From Gammaproteobacteria bacterium (GTDB taxonomy: Bacteria; Pseudomonadota; Gammaproteobacteria; Eutrophobiales; Eutrophobiaceae), in contig OZ220696.1 in the NCBI GenBank assembly GCA_965116495.1, positions 3,200,001 to 3,264,000 on the forward strand: a stretch of 64,000 nt of DNA, given 5' to 3'. The position numbers and the translations under genes were made by a program. Under the pieces are notes generated by a model. The model searched no databases, had not been told where the DNA came from, and was given only the letters and a program-made list of their open reading frames with translations. Every line of letters begins with the position of its first letter. Position 1 is the first letter of the stretch. This document shows positions 17,457 to 26,218 of this stretch, in pieces.

Positions 17457-18779
17457 ATGGCTGATACCAACCCGAAACCCGGACCGGAAGCTGTTTGGCC
17501 GGGACTGGAAGCCGGTGTGCCGAAACCGCTCATGCCTTACAGCCCGGCTATCAAGGCAGGAGGATGGGTGTTCATCGCAGGACAGCTTGCCAGCGACTTC
17601 AAGACGGGGATAGCCCCGCAAGCCATACCCGGCAATCCCTACGCGCAGAATGAACTGCAACTGCAGTCACGCTTCGTGCTGAATAACCTGGCCAATACCA
17701 TCGAGGCCACGGGTTGCGATATCAACCGGGACATGGTGAGGATGTGGGAATGGTTCGCCGCCCCGGATCCCGCACAAACGGCATTTGCGCGCGGCGACAA
17801 CTGGACGGGGATCAATATAGACCCGTACCTGGAACAGCGCAGCGCAGTGATTGACGGGCCTTGCCCGCCCGTGTCTGCAACGGGAATCCAGGAACTGATG
17901 TGTCTGGGCACGAAGGTCGAAATAGACATGATCTGCTTCGATGACGATGAGGAACCGGTTTTCTACGGACTGCCCGAAGGCCGGACCCAGGGAGCGGGCG
18001 GACATGCCCCGGCCCTGCGGCGCGGCGACTGGGTGTTCCTGGCTGCTGAAAACCCGGCAGACCTGGACCGAGGCAACCCGGATTACTGGGTGGGCGATAC
18101 CGTGGAACGGCAAACCGAGCATGTACTGGAGAAGCTTGCCGGGACTGCCGCCCTGGCAGGTTCTTCCCTCAAGAACGCGGTCAAGGCTGACGTGTATATC
18201 GGTCACCCCCGGGATTTTGCCGCCGTGGACCGTGTCTGGCGCAGGTGGTTCCCCGACAATCCGCCGGCCCGTGTAGTGAACCCTTATATGGGAATGGGGG
18301 TGCGGGGTTGTCGGGTCGAGATTGCCCTGACTCTGCTGGCCGATGACGCCGCAGTAAAGAAACAGACCATCGAGACCTCGGAGGCGCCGGAACCCCTGGG
18401 TCATGAGCCCCAGGCGGTCAAGGCCGGGGATTTCCTGTTCTTCAGCACCCAGATGGCGTTTGACTCCAGGGGGAAACTGGCGGACGGCATGAGCCGGCAT
18501 CCGAATTTCCGCTGGTACGGATCGCCGGCCCAGGCGCAGATGAGATACATGATGAAGAACGTGGCCGCCATCAGCGAGGCCGCCGGCACCTCGGTGGAGA
18601 ATATCTGCCGGCGCGTCTGTTTTCACGACGACCTGCAATGGTTTGCCGAGTCCATCGAGGAATGGGCCCGCCATTTCCCCGGCGACCGGCCCGCATCCAC
18701 TACCATAGGACTGCATGGCCCGTTGGTGGTGCCCGGCGCCAATACCCTGCTGGACCTTATTGCTTATGCCCCCGGGTAA
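17457..18779 (+). CDS. Triple-domain Rid (RidA/YjgF/UK114) family protein
   Basis: Three repeats: YSPAIKAGGWVFIAGQ, APALRRGDWVFLAA, PQAVKAGDFLFFSTQ, each ending in a VEI-like strand. Confidence 0.88.
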   Translation: MADTNPKPGPEAVWPGLEAGVPKPLMPYSPAIKAGGWVFIAGQLASDFKTGIAPQAIPGNPYAQNELQLQSRFVLNNLANTIEATGCDINRDMVRMWEWFAAPDPAQTAFARGDNWTGINIDPYLEQRSAVIDGPCPPVSATGIQELMCLGTKVEIDMICFDDDEEPVFYGLPEGRTQGAGGHAPALRRGDWVFLAAENPADLDRGNPDYWVGDTVERQTEHVLEKLAGTAALAGSSLKNAVKADVYIGHPRDFAAVDRVWRRWFPDNPPARVVNPYMGMGVRGCRVEIALTLLADDAAVKKQTIETSEAPEPLGHEPQAVKAGDFLFFSTQMAFDSRGKLADGMSRHPNFRWYGSPAQAQMRYMMKNVAAISEAAGTSVENICRRVCFHDDLQWFAESIEEWARHFPGDRPASTTIGLHGPLVVPGANTLLDLIAYAPG

Positions 18780-18780
18780 T

Positions 18781-18840
18781 GGCATGCCGCGGACGGGCAT
18801 GCCCGGGACGCATGCCGGGGACGGATTTAAATCCGTCCCC
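18781..18840. repeat. Three degenerate GCATGCC..GGACG tandem units ending in a perfect 24-bp palindrome
   Basis: GGGGACGGATTTAAATCCGTCCCC at 18817-18840. Half site GGGGACGGATTTA also at about 11718. Confidence 0.75.
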
Positions 18841-18864
18841 AATACCTCTGAAGCCTGAATCAAT

Positions 18865-20613
18865 GTGAGCGGACAAAAATCGGAAATCCGGGACGGAATG
18901 CTCATTGACTGGGATGTCGTTATCGAAATGGATGACGGCCTCGAACTGCGCGCAGACGTGTTCCGGCCCGCCGGCGAGGGGCGCTGCCCGGTCATCCTGA
19001 GCTACGGACCTTACGCCAAGGGACTGGCGTTCCAGGAAGGATACCCAAGCGCCTGGCAACGCATGGCTGAGGAGCACCCGGACGTTACCGCAGGTTCGAC
19101 CAACAAGTACCAGAACTGGGAAGTCGTCGACCCGGAGAAGTGGGTGCCGGACGGCTATGTCTGCGTGCGGGTCGACTCCCGCGGCTGCGGTTGTTCGCCA
19201 GGGTACGTGGACCACTTTTCGCCGCGGGAAACCCGGGACTTCGCCGCATGCATAGAATGGGCCGGGGAGCAGCCATGGAGCAACGGCAAGGTCGGTCTCA
19301 GCGGCGTCTCCTACTACGGTATAAACCAATGGCAGGTTGCCGCCAGGCAGCCGCGTTACCTGGCGGCGATGTGTATCTGGGAGGGGGCCGCGGACTGGTA
19401 CCGGGACATGACCCACCACGGCGGTATCCTGAGCACCTTCTGGGCCAACTGGTATGACATGCAGGTAAAGACCGTGCAATACGGCCTCGGCGAGCGCGGC
19501 CCGAACAGCATTGTGACGGGTGAACCGGTATGCGGTCCCGAGACCCTGACTGACGCTGAACTGGCGCAGAATCGCTGCGATTTCGGTGGCGATATCCTTG
19601 CCCATCCCCTGGATGACGGCTACCACCGCGAGCGCTCGCCGGACTGGTCAAAGGTAACGGTCCCGTTCCTGAGCGCCGGCAACTGGGGCGGCCAGGGCCT
19701 GCACCTGCGCGGAAATTTCGAGGGGTTCGTGCGCGCCGCATCAACCCGGAAATGGCTGGAGGCCCATGGGCTGGAACACTGGACGGAATTTTATACGGAC
19801 TACGGCGTGCAACTGCACAAGCGTTTCTTCGGCTACTTTTTGAAAGGCGAAGACAACGACTGGGAAGACCAGCCGCCGGTGCACCTGAAGGTACGCGGCG
19901 TCAAGGATTTCGTTGAGCGCAGCGAGGACGGCTGGCCGATCCCCCGGACGCAATGGACCCGCTTCTACCTGGCGCCGGATGGCATGGGCCTGTCTGAAAC
20001 GCCACCTGCAACCGCAGGCCAGGTAAGTTTCCCAGCCCTCAAAGAGTGGGTCACTTTTTATTCGGCGCCGTTGCAACGGGAGACCGAAATCACCGGGCCA
20101 TCTGCCTGCAAGCTAAGGGTGTCTTCTTCAACCTCCGACGCCGACCTGTTCCTGGTATTGAGGGTGTTTGACCCGGACGGCAGGGAAATCGTTTTCCAGG
20201 GAGCGATTGACCCCTGTACCCCCATCGGCCAGGGCTGGTTGCGCGCATCCCACCGCAAGCTGGACGCAGCCCTGTCTCAACCCTGGCGGCCCTACCACAC
20301 CCACGATGAACTGCAACCGTTGACCCCGGGCATTCCGGCAGACCTGGATATCGAAATCTGGCCCACGTCGCTGGTGATTCCCGCCGGTTACCGCATCGCC
20401 CTGAGCGTGAGGGGTAACGATTACGAGTGTCCCGCCGCCGGCAAAGGCGTGCGTCTGTCCAATTTCAAGAACGATTTGCGCGGCTGCGGACCCTTCCTGC
20501 ATAACGACCCGCGGGACCGGCCGCAGGCGATATTTGCCGGGGAGACAACCATCCATACCGGGCCCGAACAGCCCGGCTACCTGTTGTTACCGGTGATACC
20601 GGCTAAAGAGTAG
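18865..20613 (+). CDS. CocE/NonD family serine hydrolase
   Basis: LRADVFRP, GPYAK, VDSRGCGCSPG, GVSYYG nucleophile, C-terminal PepX-like domain. Confidence 0.93.
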   Translation: MSGQKSEIRDGMLIDWDVVIEMDDGLELRADVFRPAGEGRCPVILSYGPYAKGLAFQEGYPSAWQRMAEEHPDVTAGSTNKYQNWEVVDPEKWVPDGYVCVRVDSRGCGCSPGYVDHFSPRETRDFAACIEWAGEQPWSNGKVGLSGVSYYGINQWQVAARQPRYLAAMCIWEGAADWYRDMTHHGGILSTFWANWYDMQVKTVQYGLGERGPNSIVTGEPVCGPETLTDAELAQNRCDFGGDILAHPLDDGYHRERSPDWSKVTVPFLSAGNWGGQGLHLRGNFEGFVRAASTRKWLEAHGLEHWTEFYTDYGVQLHKRFFGYFLKGEDNDWEDQPPVHLKVRGVKDFVERSEDGWPIPRTQWTRFYLAPDGMGLSETPPATAGQVSFPALKEWVTFYSAPLQRETEITGPSACKLRVSSSTSDADLFLVLRVFDPDGREIVFQGAIDPCTPIGQGWLRASHRKLDAALSQPWRPYHTHDELQPLTPGIPADLDIEIWPTSLVIPAGYRIALSVRGNDYECPAAGKGVRLSNFKNDLRGCGPFLHNDPRDRPQAIFAGETTIHTGPEQPGYLLLPVIPAKE

Positions 20614-20745
20614 TAAATTTCAGCAAAAATCCGAACGGCTTGATAGAAGAGCTAATTCTTGTAGATCAAACTGGCAACAGTTAGTATTGACTGGAACTCT
20701 TTCGTCTAAATGAGAAATTTCTCCTCAGCTGTCATGGGTGAAGCT

Positions 20746-21315
20746 ATGTTACTGCTCATTGCTGGTTTAATACTGTTTTTTGCCGCACATTCCATTTCCA
20801 TCGTCAACGTGGGCTGGCGCAACGCCATGGCCGAGCGGTTGGGGACTGCCGCCTGGAGAGGCCTGTACAGTCTGGTGTCCCTGGCGGGACTGGTCATGTT
20901 GATATGGGGTTACGGATTGGCAAGGAGCGACCCCGTTATCCTGTACACCCCTCCTGCCTGGTTGCTCTACGCCAACCTTCTGCTGATGCTGTTCGTGTTT
21001 CCGCTGTTCATGGCCAGCCTGTTACCAGGCCGGATCAAGACCGCGGTGAAACACCCGATTTTCGCTTCTGTAAAGATCTGGGCGTTTGCCCATTTACTGA
21101 CCAACGGCGCCCTTGCCGACATGTTGCTGTTCGGCTGTTTCCTGGCCTGGGCTGTAATCGGGCGCATCTCCATGAGACATCGAAAAAATCGCCCCGTGCC
21201 CGGTTTTCCGGAAAGCCCCGTGAATGATCTTCTCGTCGTGGTGGTTGGCCTGTTGCTTTATCTGGTGTTCATTATGGCGCTGCACGACTGGCTGATTGGT
21301 GTTGCGGTGATGTGA
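20746..21315 (+). CDS. nnrU: NnrU family membrane protein
   Basis: LILFFAAHS, YSLVSLAGL, KHP...VKIWAFAHLLTNG, LHDWLIGV. Confidence 0.88.
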   Translation: MLLLIAGLILFFAAHSISIVNVGWRNAMAERLGTAAWRGLYSLVSLAGLVMLIWGYGLARSDPVILYTPPAWLLYANLLLMLFVFPLFMASLLPGRIKTAVKHPIFASVKIWAFAHLLTNGALADMLLFGCFLAWAVIGRISMRHRKNRPVPGFPESPVNDLLVVVVGLLLYLVFIMALHDWLIGVAVM

Positions 21316-21540
21316 TAAGGGGCCAGTTGAATGTACATGGCTTGAGTTGCAAGGTCGGGTTAGTTTGTAAGTGATAAGTAAACTTCAGAAGTCGAGAGAT
21401 TTGATCCGGGGGAGGGAATATGACCTGATAGATAATTGTAGAATGGCACCACTTACTATCACCCCAGTGGATTATTTTTCAATAACATTTTCTTCAGTGT
21501 TACACTTTGTGACCATTGGCCATGGCTAGGCTAAAGCGGC

Positions 21541-21909
21541 ATGATCGAGGTTTGCTATATATACAATACAGGGCATTTAAGTCATTTAGAAACACAACTG
21601 CGCAGGCGAGTTGCTGGCTTTGCTAAATGGTGGGTATCCATAAAGATCGGCATAACAAACAACCCAGAAAATAGAGCACAACACCATTACAAGGATGATC
21701 CGAGTTGGAATAAAATGATTGTGTTAAGGGAAACTTCTTCTATAAAACAGGTCAAGGAAGCAGAAAGAAGGCTTACTGATTGGGCATGGGATTGCAAAGG
21801 AATCGAAAATATAGTAGGTGGAGGTGGTGGAAAGGAAGGCGAGAAACCCCATTATCTTTACATTTTGTTGTCTAAAAAACGATCTAAGCCTTCCCCGATT
21901 TACATTTAG
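21541..21909 (+). CDS. Small GIY-YIG-like nuclease domain protein in an AT-rich insert
   Basis: KIGITNNPENRAQHH, EAERRL, N..GGGG, YLYIL. Visibly lower GC than the flanks. Confidence 0.6.
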   Translation: MIEVCYIYNTGHLSHLETQLRRRVAGFAKWWVSIKIGITNNPENRAQHHYKDDPSWNKMIVLRETSSIKQVKEAERRLTDWAWDCKGIENIVGGGGGKEGEKPHYLYILLSKKRSKPSPIYI

Positions 21910-21926
21910 TCTCGATTGAAAAACTA

Positions 21927-22337
21927 CTAGTCCGTATCCCTCAAAAACGCATCGACCGCGATAACAAAGTCGATTTCGATCCTGCCTTCACGAAGTTTCT
22001 TTATTTGCTGAAATTGATCGGAGCGCCAAAACGCTTTCAGCTTATCCATGGACTGCACGTGCTCGATGGCCACGAACCCGTCGTAGGGCCAGCTGCCCTC
22101 AAGAATTTGCTCCGGACCGATGTGGGCCGAACGCCCGACCCTGTTCAGCCCCGCAGCGGAGATCGCGTGACCAGCCGCAGCTACGTATGCGCCCAGTCCT
22201 TCCGGGTTTACGGTTTTCCCGGCAACGACCAAGTATCCGGAACTGCCGGCTTCCGGTTTCGCACCAGGTGAGCCATCAACAGCCATTCCCATGACGAAGC
22301 CGCACAACAACAGCAGGGTCGTTCTAATGCCTGACAT
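21927..22337 (-). CDS. DUF1330-like exported protein
   Basis: Signal peptide, Y.AAA...LEGSW...AFWRSDQFQQIKKLR. Confidence 0.75.
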   Translation of the reverse strand: MSGIRTTLLLLCGFVMGMAVDGSPGAKPEAGSSGYLVVAGKTVNPEGLGAYVAAAGHAISAAGLNRVGRSAHIGPEQILEGSWPYDGFVAIEHVQSMDKLKAFWRSDQFQQIKKLREGRIEIDFVIAVDAFLRDTD

Positions 22338-22361
22338 TGCTTATCCTCTTTTATAGACCGG

Positions 22362-22383
22362 CCAGGTGAGAAATCCCGGCTAG
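22362..22383. repeat. Solo end of the 24922-25160 MITE family
   Basis: CCAGGTGAGAAATCCCGGCTAG matches CCTGGTGAGAAATCCGGGCT and overlaps the amidohydrolase stop codon. Confidence 0.55.
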
Positions 22384-23834
22384 TCGGATGCCTCTGCGTC
22401 CACCCAGTTGAAGCGGCTGCGCATTCTTACGAAACGGTTTGCGTCGCACTCGTCCAGCAGCACCTGCTGCAGGTCGTCCAGGCGTTGCACGGCCTGGCGC
22501 CGGTCTACGGACACATGCTCTCCATCCTGGACGATTGTCCGGCCCCTGACCATTACCCGGGCAATCGAATCCGGGCTTGGACCGTTGCCGAGGACCAGGT
22601 TGGGGATCATGGCGGCGGGCGGTGACAACTGGGTTTCGCCGCGCCGGTCGATGAGCAGCACGTCCGCATCCTTGCCCGCTTCCAGCGAACCGATGTGATC
22701 ATCCATCATCAATGCGCGCGCGCCGCCGATGGTGGCAAGCTCGAGGGCAAGCTCGGCGCTCCCGTACAGTATCTCCTCTCCCGTCCAGCGCGCTTTGGTG
22801 TCCGCGCTCAGCCGCCTGTGCTGGTCGCCCATTCGCTGCGCGGTGAGGAAGGCGCGCATGGCAGCCCACAGGTCATGACCGTAGGCTACGACCGGGCCGT
22901 CCACGCCGAGCCCGCAGGTGGCGCCCGTATCCAGGTACTGGCGCGCATTGAACGTGACCAGGCCCAGTACCTGCTCCATGTCCGGCACCAGTGCAACCGC
23001 CGCGCCCCGGTCGCGGATCAGTTCCGCTTCGCCGGGCCGCAGGTTTTGTGCATGGGCGGCAATAAGATTGGGGCCGAGAATGCCTTCGTTATCGAGCCAC
23101 TCGAATGAGCCTCCGTCCCAGCCGCGCCGTTCGCCCAGGTATTTCTGGTCGAACACGGCGGGGGCATGGATGTCAAACTGGCGGTCGTTCGCATCGGTCC
23201 ATTCCCACAGGGCCTTGAGCTGATCTGGTTCGCAATAGGTAATGCCGATGGTTGAGGCGGTAACCGAGATGCGGTCGTCTTCCCATGCCGATTTGACCCG
23301 CTCGGTCTCCGCCAGGCCGGTGTCCAGGTCTTCCCGGAAACCGTCCGGCACGGCGTTGGCGTCATTGATGGTCAGGCGCGCCATGCGGCAGCGCATGCCG
23401 GTATCCCGCACCGCTGCCAGCACGCCGTCGATGGAGCGCTTGTGCAGGTGGGTAAAGTGGTCATCCGCGGTCGTCGTCACGCCGCGGCGGACCAGGTCCA
23501 GCAGCGGCGGTAATGCAGCGTCGTAGGAACGCTGCTCATCGCAGGCGCCGGTCATCGGGTAGTAAAAACCGAACAGGCGCTCCTCGAAAGTGGTGCCTTC
23601 CGCCATGCCCCGGATACAGCCCTGGACCAGGTGGGAGTGGACGTTTACCAGTCCCGGCAGCACCAGGTAACCGGCGCCGCCGATTTCTTCATCGGCGGAA
23701 TAATCACAGGAGTTCGACGGCCCGACCGCGGTGATGCGTCCTCCGTCGATAGCAACATAACCGTCCATATAGACGGTCCGTTCTTCATCCATGGTGATAA
23801 CCATGCCGCGTAACAGCGTGTCACAATGTGTCAT
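22380..23834 (-). CDS. Amidohydrolase family protein (MtaD/AtzA/TrzN-like)
   Basis: PGLVNVHSHL, GVTTTAD, DIH, GLGVDG, ATIGGARAL...GSLEAGKDAD. Confidence 0.9.
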   Translation of the reverse strand: MTHCDTLLRGMVITMDEERTVYMDGYVAIDGGRITAVGPSNSCDYSADEEIGGAGYLVLPGLVNVHSHLVQGCIRGMAEGTTFEERLFGFYYPMTGACDEQRSYDAALPPLLDLVRRGVTTTADDHFTHLHKRSIDGVLAAVRDTGMRCRMARLTINDANAVPDGFREDLDTGLAETERVKSAWEDDRISVTASTIGITYCEPDQLKALWEWTDANDRQFDIHAPAVFDQKYLGERRGWDGGSFEWLDNEGILGPNLIAAHAQNLRPGEAELIRDRGAAVALVPDMEQVLGLVTFNARQYLDTGATCGLGVDGPVVAYGHDLWAAMRAFLTAQRMGDQHRRLSADTKARWTGEEILYGSAELALELATIGGARALMMDDHIGSLEAGKDADVLLIDRRGETQLSPPAAMIPNLVLGNGPSPDSIARVMVRGRTIVQDGEHVSVDRRQAVQRLDDLQQVLLDECDANRFVRMRSRFNWVDAEASD

Positions 23835-23835
23835 T

Positions 23836-24783
23836 TCATTTATCTCCTATTGTACGGGCTACACGAAAGCCGAAATTCCGGTAGCGCATGTTCTTGCTGT
23901 CCGCGCCGCCGAAGAAAAAACCGTAGCGGTTTGCCGAGCGCAGGAACCTCGGGTCATCGCGCCAGGAAGCGCCGCGCAGGATCGGGCGGGAACAGTCGCC
24001 TGTCAGCCATGCCGACCCGTCCGCGGGGGCGCCGTCATAAGTTTCATTCCAGCAGTCCGCGACCCATTCGGCCACGTTGCCCAGCATGTCGTGGAGGCCG
24101 AAGGCATTTGCCTGCAACGAACCCGCGGCTGCCGTATAGATGTATCCGTCCCGGCAATTGACGGAGGTCCAGCCGGGCTGGTCAGCGCCGTTGGCGTAGG
24201 GGCATCCGTCATCTGGAGAATTGCCCCAGTAGCGCGCGCTCTGCGTACCTGCGCGCGCCGCGTACTCCCACTCCGCTTCGCTGAGAAGCCGGTATTCCTC
24301 GCCGGTTTCAGCGCTCAACCAGTGCGTATAGGCCTGTGCGTCATGCCAGCTTACACAGACAACGGGATGGTCGTCCGTTTGCGTATACCCGGGGTTGCGC
24401 CAGTTGAACGAAGCGCTCTTTTCCGGTGCGGGCCCCGTGCGGAAAAAACACCCGTCTTCAATCACTGTTCCGGACTGAACGACGAACCGGGCAAATTCTC
24501 CCCGGGTAAGTTCGAACTTGCCCACCGCAAACGGTTTTTGAAACGTTACCCGGTGCCTGGGCAGTTCGTCATGCTGCTGCCGGGTAGCGCCCGTGTCGGC
24601 GCCCATCGTGAATTCACCCGGTGCAATGACAACCATCAACGGACAGTGCGCGCAGTCACGGAATTCATTATCGGGTGTGAGGGTATATTCGTAACCCGCA
24701 ACCAACGGGGAATGTGAAGCCCCCGCCAGCAGGAGCAATGCTGATATAAGAAACCCGGCGCTGTGTGTGGGTAGTATCCGCAT
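23836..24783 (-). CDS. Exported formylglycine-generating-enzyme-like (FGE-sulfatase) domain protein
   Basis: Signal peptide, GEFTMG, HPVVCVSWHDA, RLLSEAEWEYAARAG, NAFGLHDMLGNVAEW, GFRVAR. Confidence 0.92.
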   Translation of the reverse strand: MRILPTHSAGFLISALLLLAGASHSPLVAGYEYTLTPDNEFRDCAHCPLMVVIAPGEFTMGADTGATRQQHDELPRHRVTFQKPFAVGKFELTRGEFARFVVQSGTVIEDGCFFRTGPAPEKSASFNWRNPGYTQTDDHPVVCVSWHDAQAYTHWLSAETGEEYRLLSEAEWEYAARAGTQSARYWGNSPDDGCPYANGADQPGWTSVNCRDGYIYTAAAGSLQANAFGLHDMLGNVAEWVADCWNETYDGAPADGSAWLTGDCSRPILRGASWRDDPRFLRSANRYGFFFGGADSKNMRYRNFGFRVARTIGDK

Positions 24784-24786
24784 ACA

Positions 24787-24817
24787 TTATTTATCGTATG
24801 ATAATTAGAATGACAAT
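24787..24817 (-). promoter_or_regulatory. -35-like box plus TTATC-ATAC-GATAA palindrome
   Basis: TTATTTATCGTATGATAATTAGAATGACAAT, closely similar to 40227-40257. Confidence 0.6.
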
Positions 24818-24921
24818 TCACTAAATAATAACGCTTATACGGAAAATACGGGCATGAAACCCGGTTTCCGGGTTGAATTATTATTGGCAATCAACGGGCC
24901 GGATGAAGTATTCTTAACCAA

Positions 24922-25160
24922 CCCGGATTTCTCACCAGGTCGCTTGTTGCTATCTGGAACATTTATGCTGTCAATAAGTTATGGTAATCTTCTCACCATG
25001 CCGTTATTACCGACTGCGCTTGATGCGCCCTCACTTGTCTTTTTCCCGCCAGTGGGCACGTGCTTCCTCAACCAGAGCTACGACTATGCTTTCGGTCGCA
25101 GGCACTCACTGGCGGGAAAAATCCTGCGTGATCATCGCATCACCTGGTGAGAAATCCGGG
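24922..25160. mobile_element. MITE-like element, 239 bp, 19-bp perfect terminal inverted repeats
   Basis: CCCGGATTTCTCACCAGGT ... ACCTGGTGAGAAATCCGGG, no credible internal ORF. Confidence 0.75.
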
Positions 25161-25165
25161 CTGTT

Positions 25166-25927
25166 ATGAAGAACAAGGTCGTAAAGTCGGTCGGCAGGGT
25201 GATTAACGTCCTGGAACTGTTTCGGGAACAGCAGTCCCCAATGACGGCAACGGAGATTTGCAGGCACCTGGATTATCCCAAGTCAAGCGCTGACGCGCTT
25301 CTGAAAAGCCTGGTCAGCCTCGGTTATATCTCCCTGGATTCACAGACGATGCAGTATTTCCCGTCATTGCGGGTGACCAAGCTCGGCGACTGGTTGCCGG
25401 GCGTACTGTTCAGCAGCGGCCATACCCTGAACATGCTTGAGGACCTTAACCGCCGCACACAGGAGACAGTCAGCCTGGCCATGCCGAATGTCCTGAGCAT
25501 GCAGTTTATCACCGTAATACCCGGAACTTTCCCGATCTCCCTCATGGTGCGTGAAGGTTTCAACGTACCAATCTTCACAACCGCCCTCGGCATTGCGCAC
25601 CTTGCCACGCGCTCGGACCAGGACATAGAGATACTGGCCAGGCGGGCGAATCGCCGCACCTCCCAGGGGCATACACGGGTTGACCTGGCAACGGTCATGG
25701 GTGAAATTGACACGGCGCGCGCCAGGGGTTATGCCGAAGCCTATGAGCGCGTTCTGCCTGATACCGGCGCCATTGCGACAGCTTTGCCCACCGGCTTGCA
25801 TGACCGCGCCCTGGTCATTTCGGTCGGCGGTCTGGCCGAGCGCATCAGGAAGAATCAACAGGACATAATCCAGCAGATGCGCCAGGTCATAACACAATTC
25901 GGCCACGACCAGGCGGCGCACGTATAA
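25166..25927 (+). CDS. IclR family transcriptional regulator
   Basis: VKSVGRVINVLELF wHTH, YPKSS, ETVSLA, TTALG, ARARGYA. Confidence 0.93.
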   Translation: MKNKVVKSVGRVINVLELFREQQSPMTATEICRHLDYPKSSADALLKSLVSLGYISLDSQTMQYFPSLRVTKLGDWLPGVLFSSGHTLNMLEDLNRRTQETVSLAMPNVLSMQFITVIPGTFPISLMVREGFNVPIFTTALGIAHLATRSDQDIEILARRANRRTSQGHTRVDLATVMGEIDTARARGYAEAYERVLPDTGAIATALPTGLHDRALVISVGGLAERIRKNQQDIIQQMRQVITQFGHDQAAHV

Positions 25928-26051
25928 GCCTCGGTCAAGCCATACAAGCGCTTTGCCATCGCGCCCGCTGCCGGGGCGTACAGTTTCACCTTCCCGGGCC
26001 CGGTAAACGCAGAACAACAGTTACCGTCAGCAATCTGGCGGCTATAGTTAA

Positions 26052-26086
26052 TTCCCATATATGAATTAACTATACATATCAGGGAA
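26052..26086. promoter_or_regulatory. Paired T(T/A)CATAT-N4-GAA boxes upstream of a TTGACA -35 (26092)
   Basis: TTC-CCAT-ATATGAA at 26052 (reverse orientation) and TACATAT-CAGG-GAA at 26073, 21 bp apart. Confidence 0.6.
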
Positions 26087-26218
26087 TTTTGTTGACAGCC
26101 TGCAACTCCCCTTTTACAGTACGGTTAATATAACAAACAGGCCTGCCCGTACTGATTCCGCTCCGGATCAGTACACATCCCTGGACAACTGATCGTGAGC
26201 CTTGACGGCTGAAAGCTG

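Noticed and set aside
17667-18995. Long antisense or alternate-frame ORFs (also 4722-5552, 15976-16875, 23791-24717, 53822-54886, 56365-57180, 61302-62096)
   Set aside because: They shadow well-supported genes, carry no motifs, and are expected in GC-rich DNA
23836-24783. True sulfatase-maturing FGE or a diversity-generating retroelement target
   Set aside because: The catalytic Cys pair is absent. No sulfatase, reverse transcriptase or template repeat was seen in the window.
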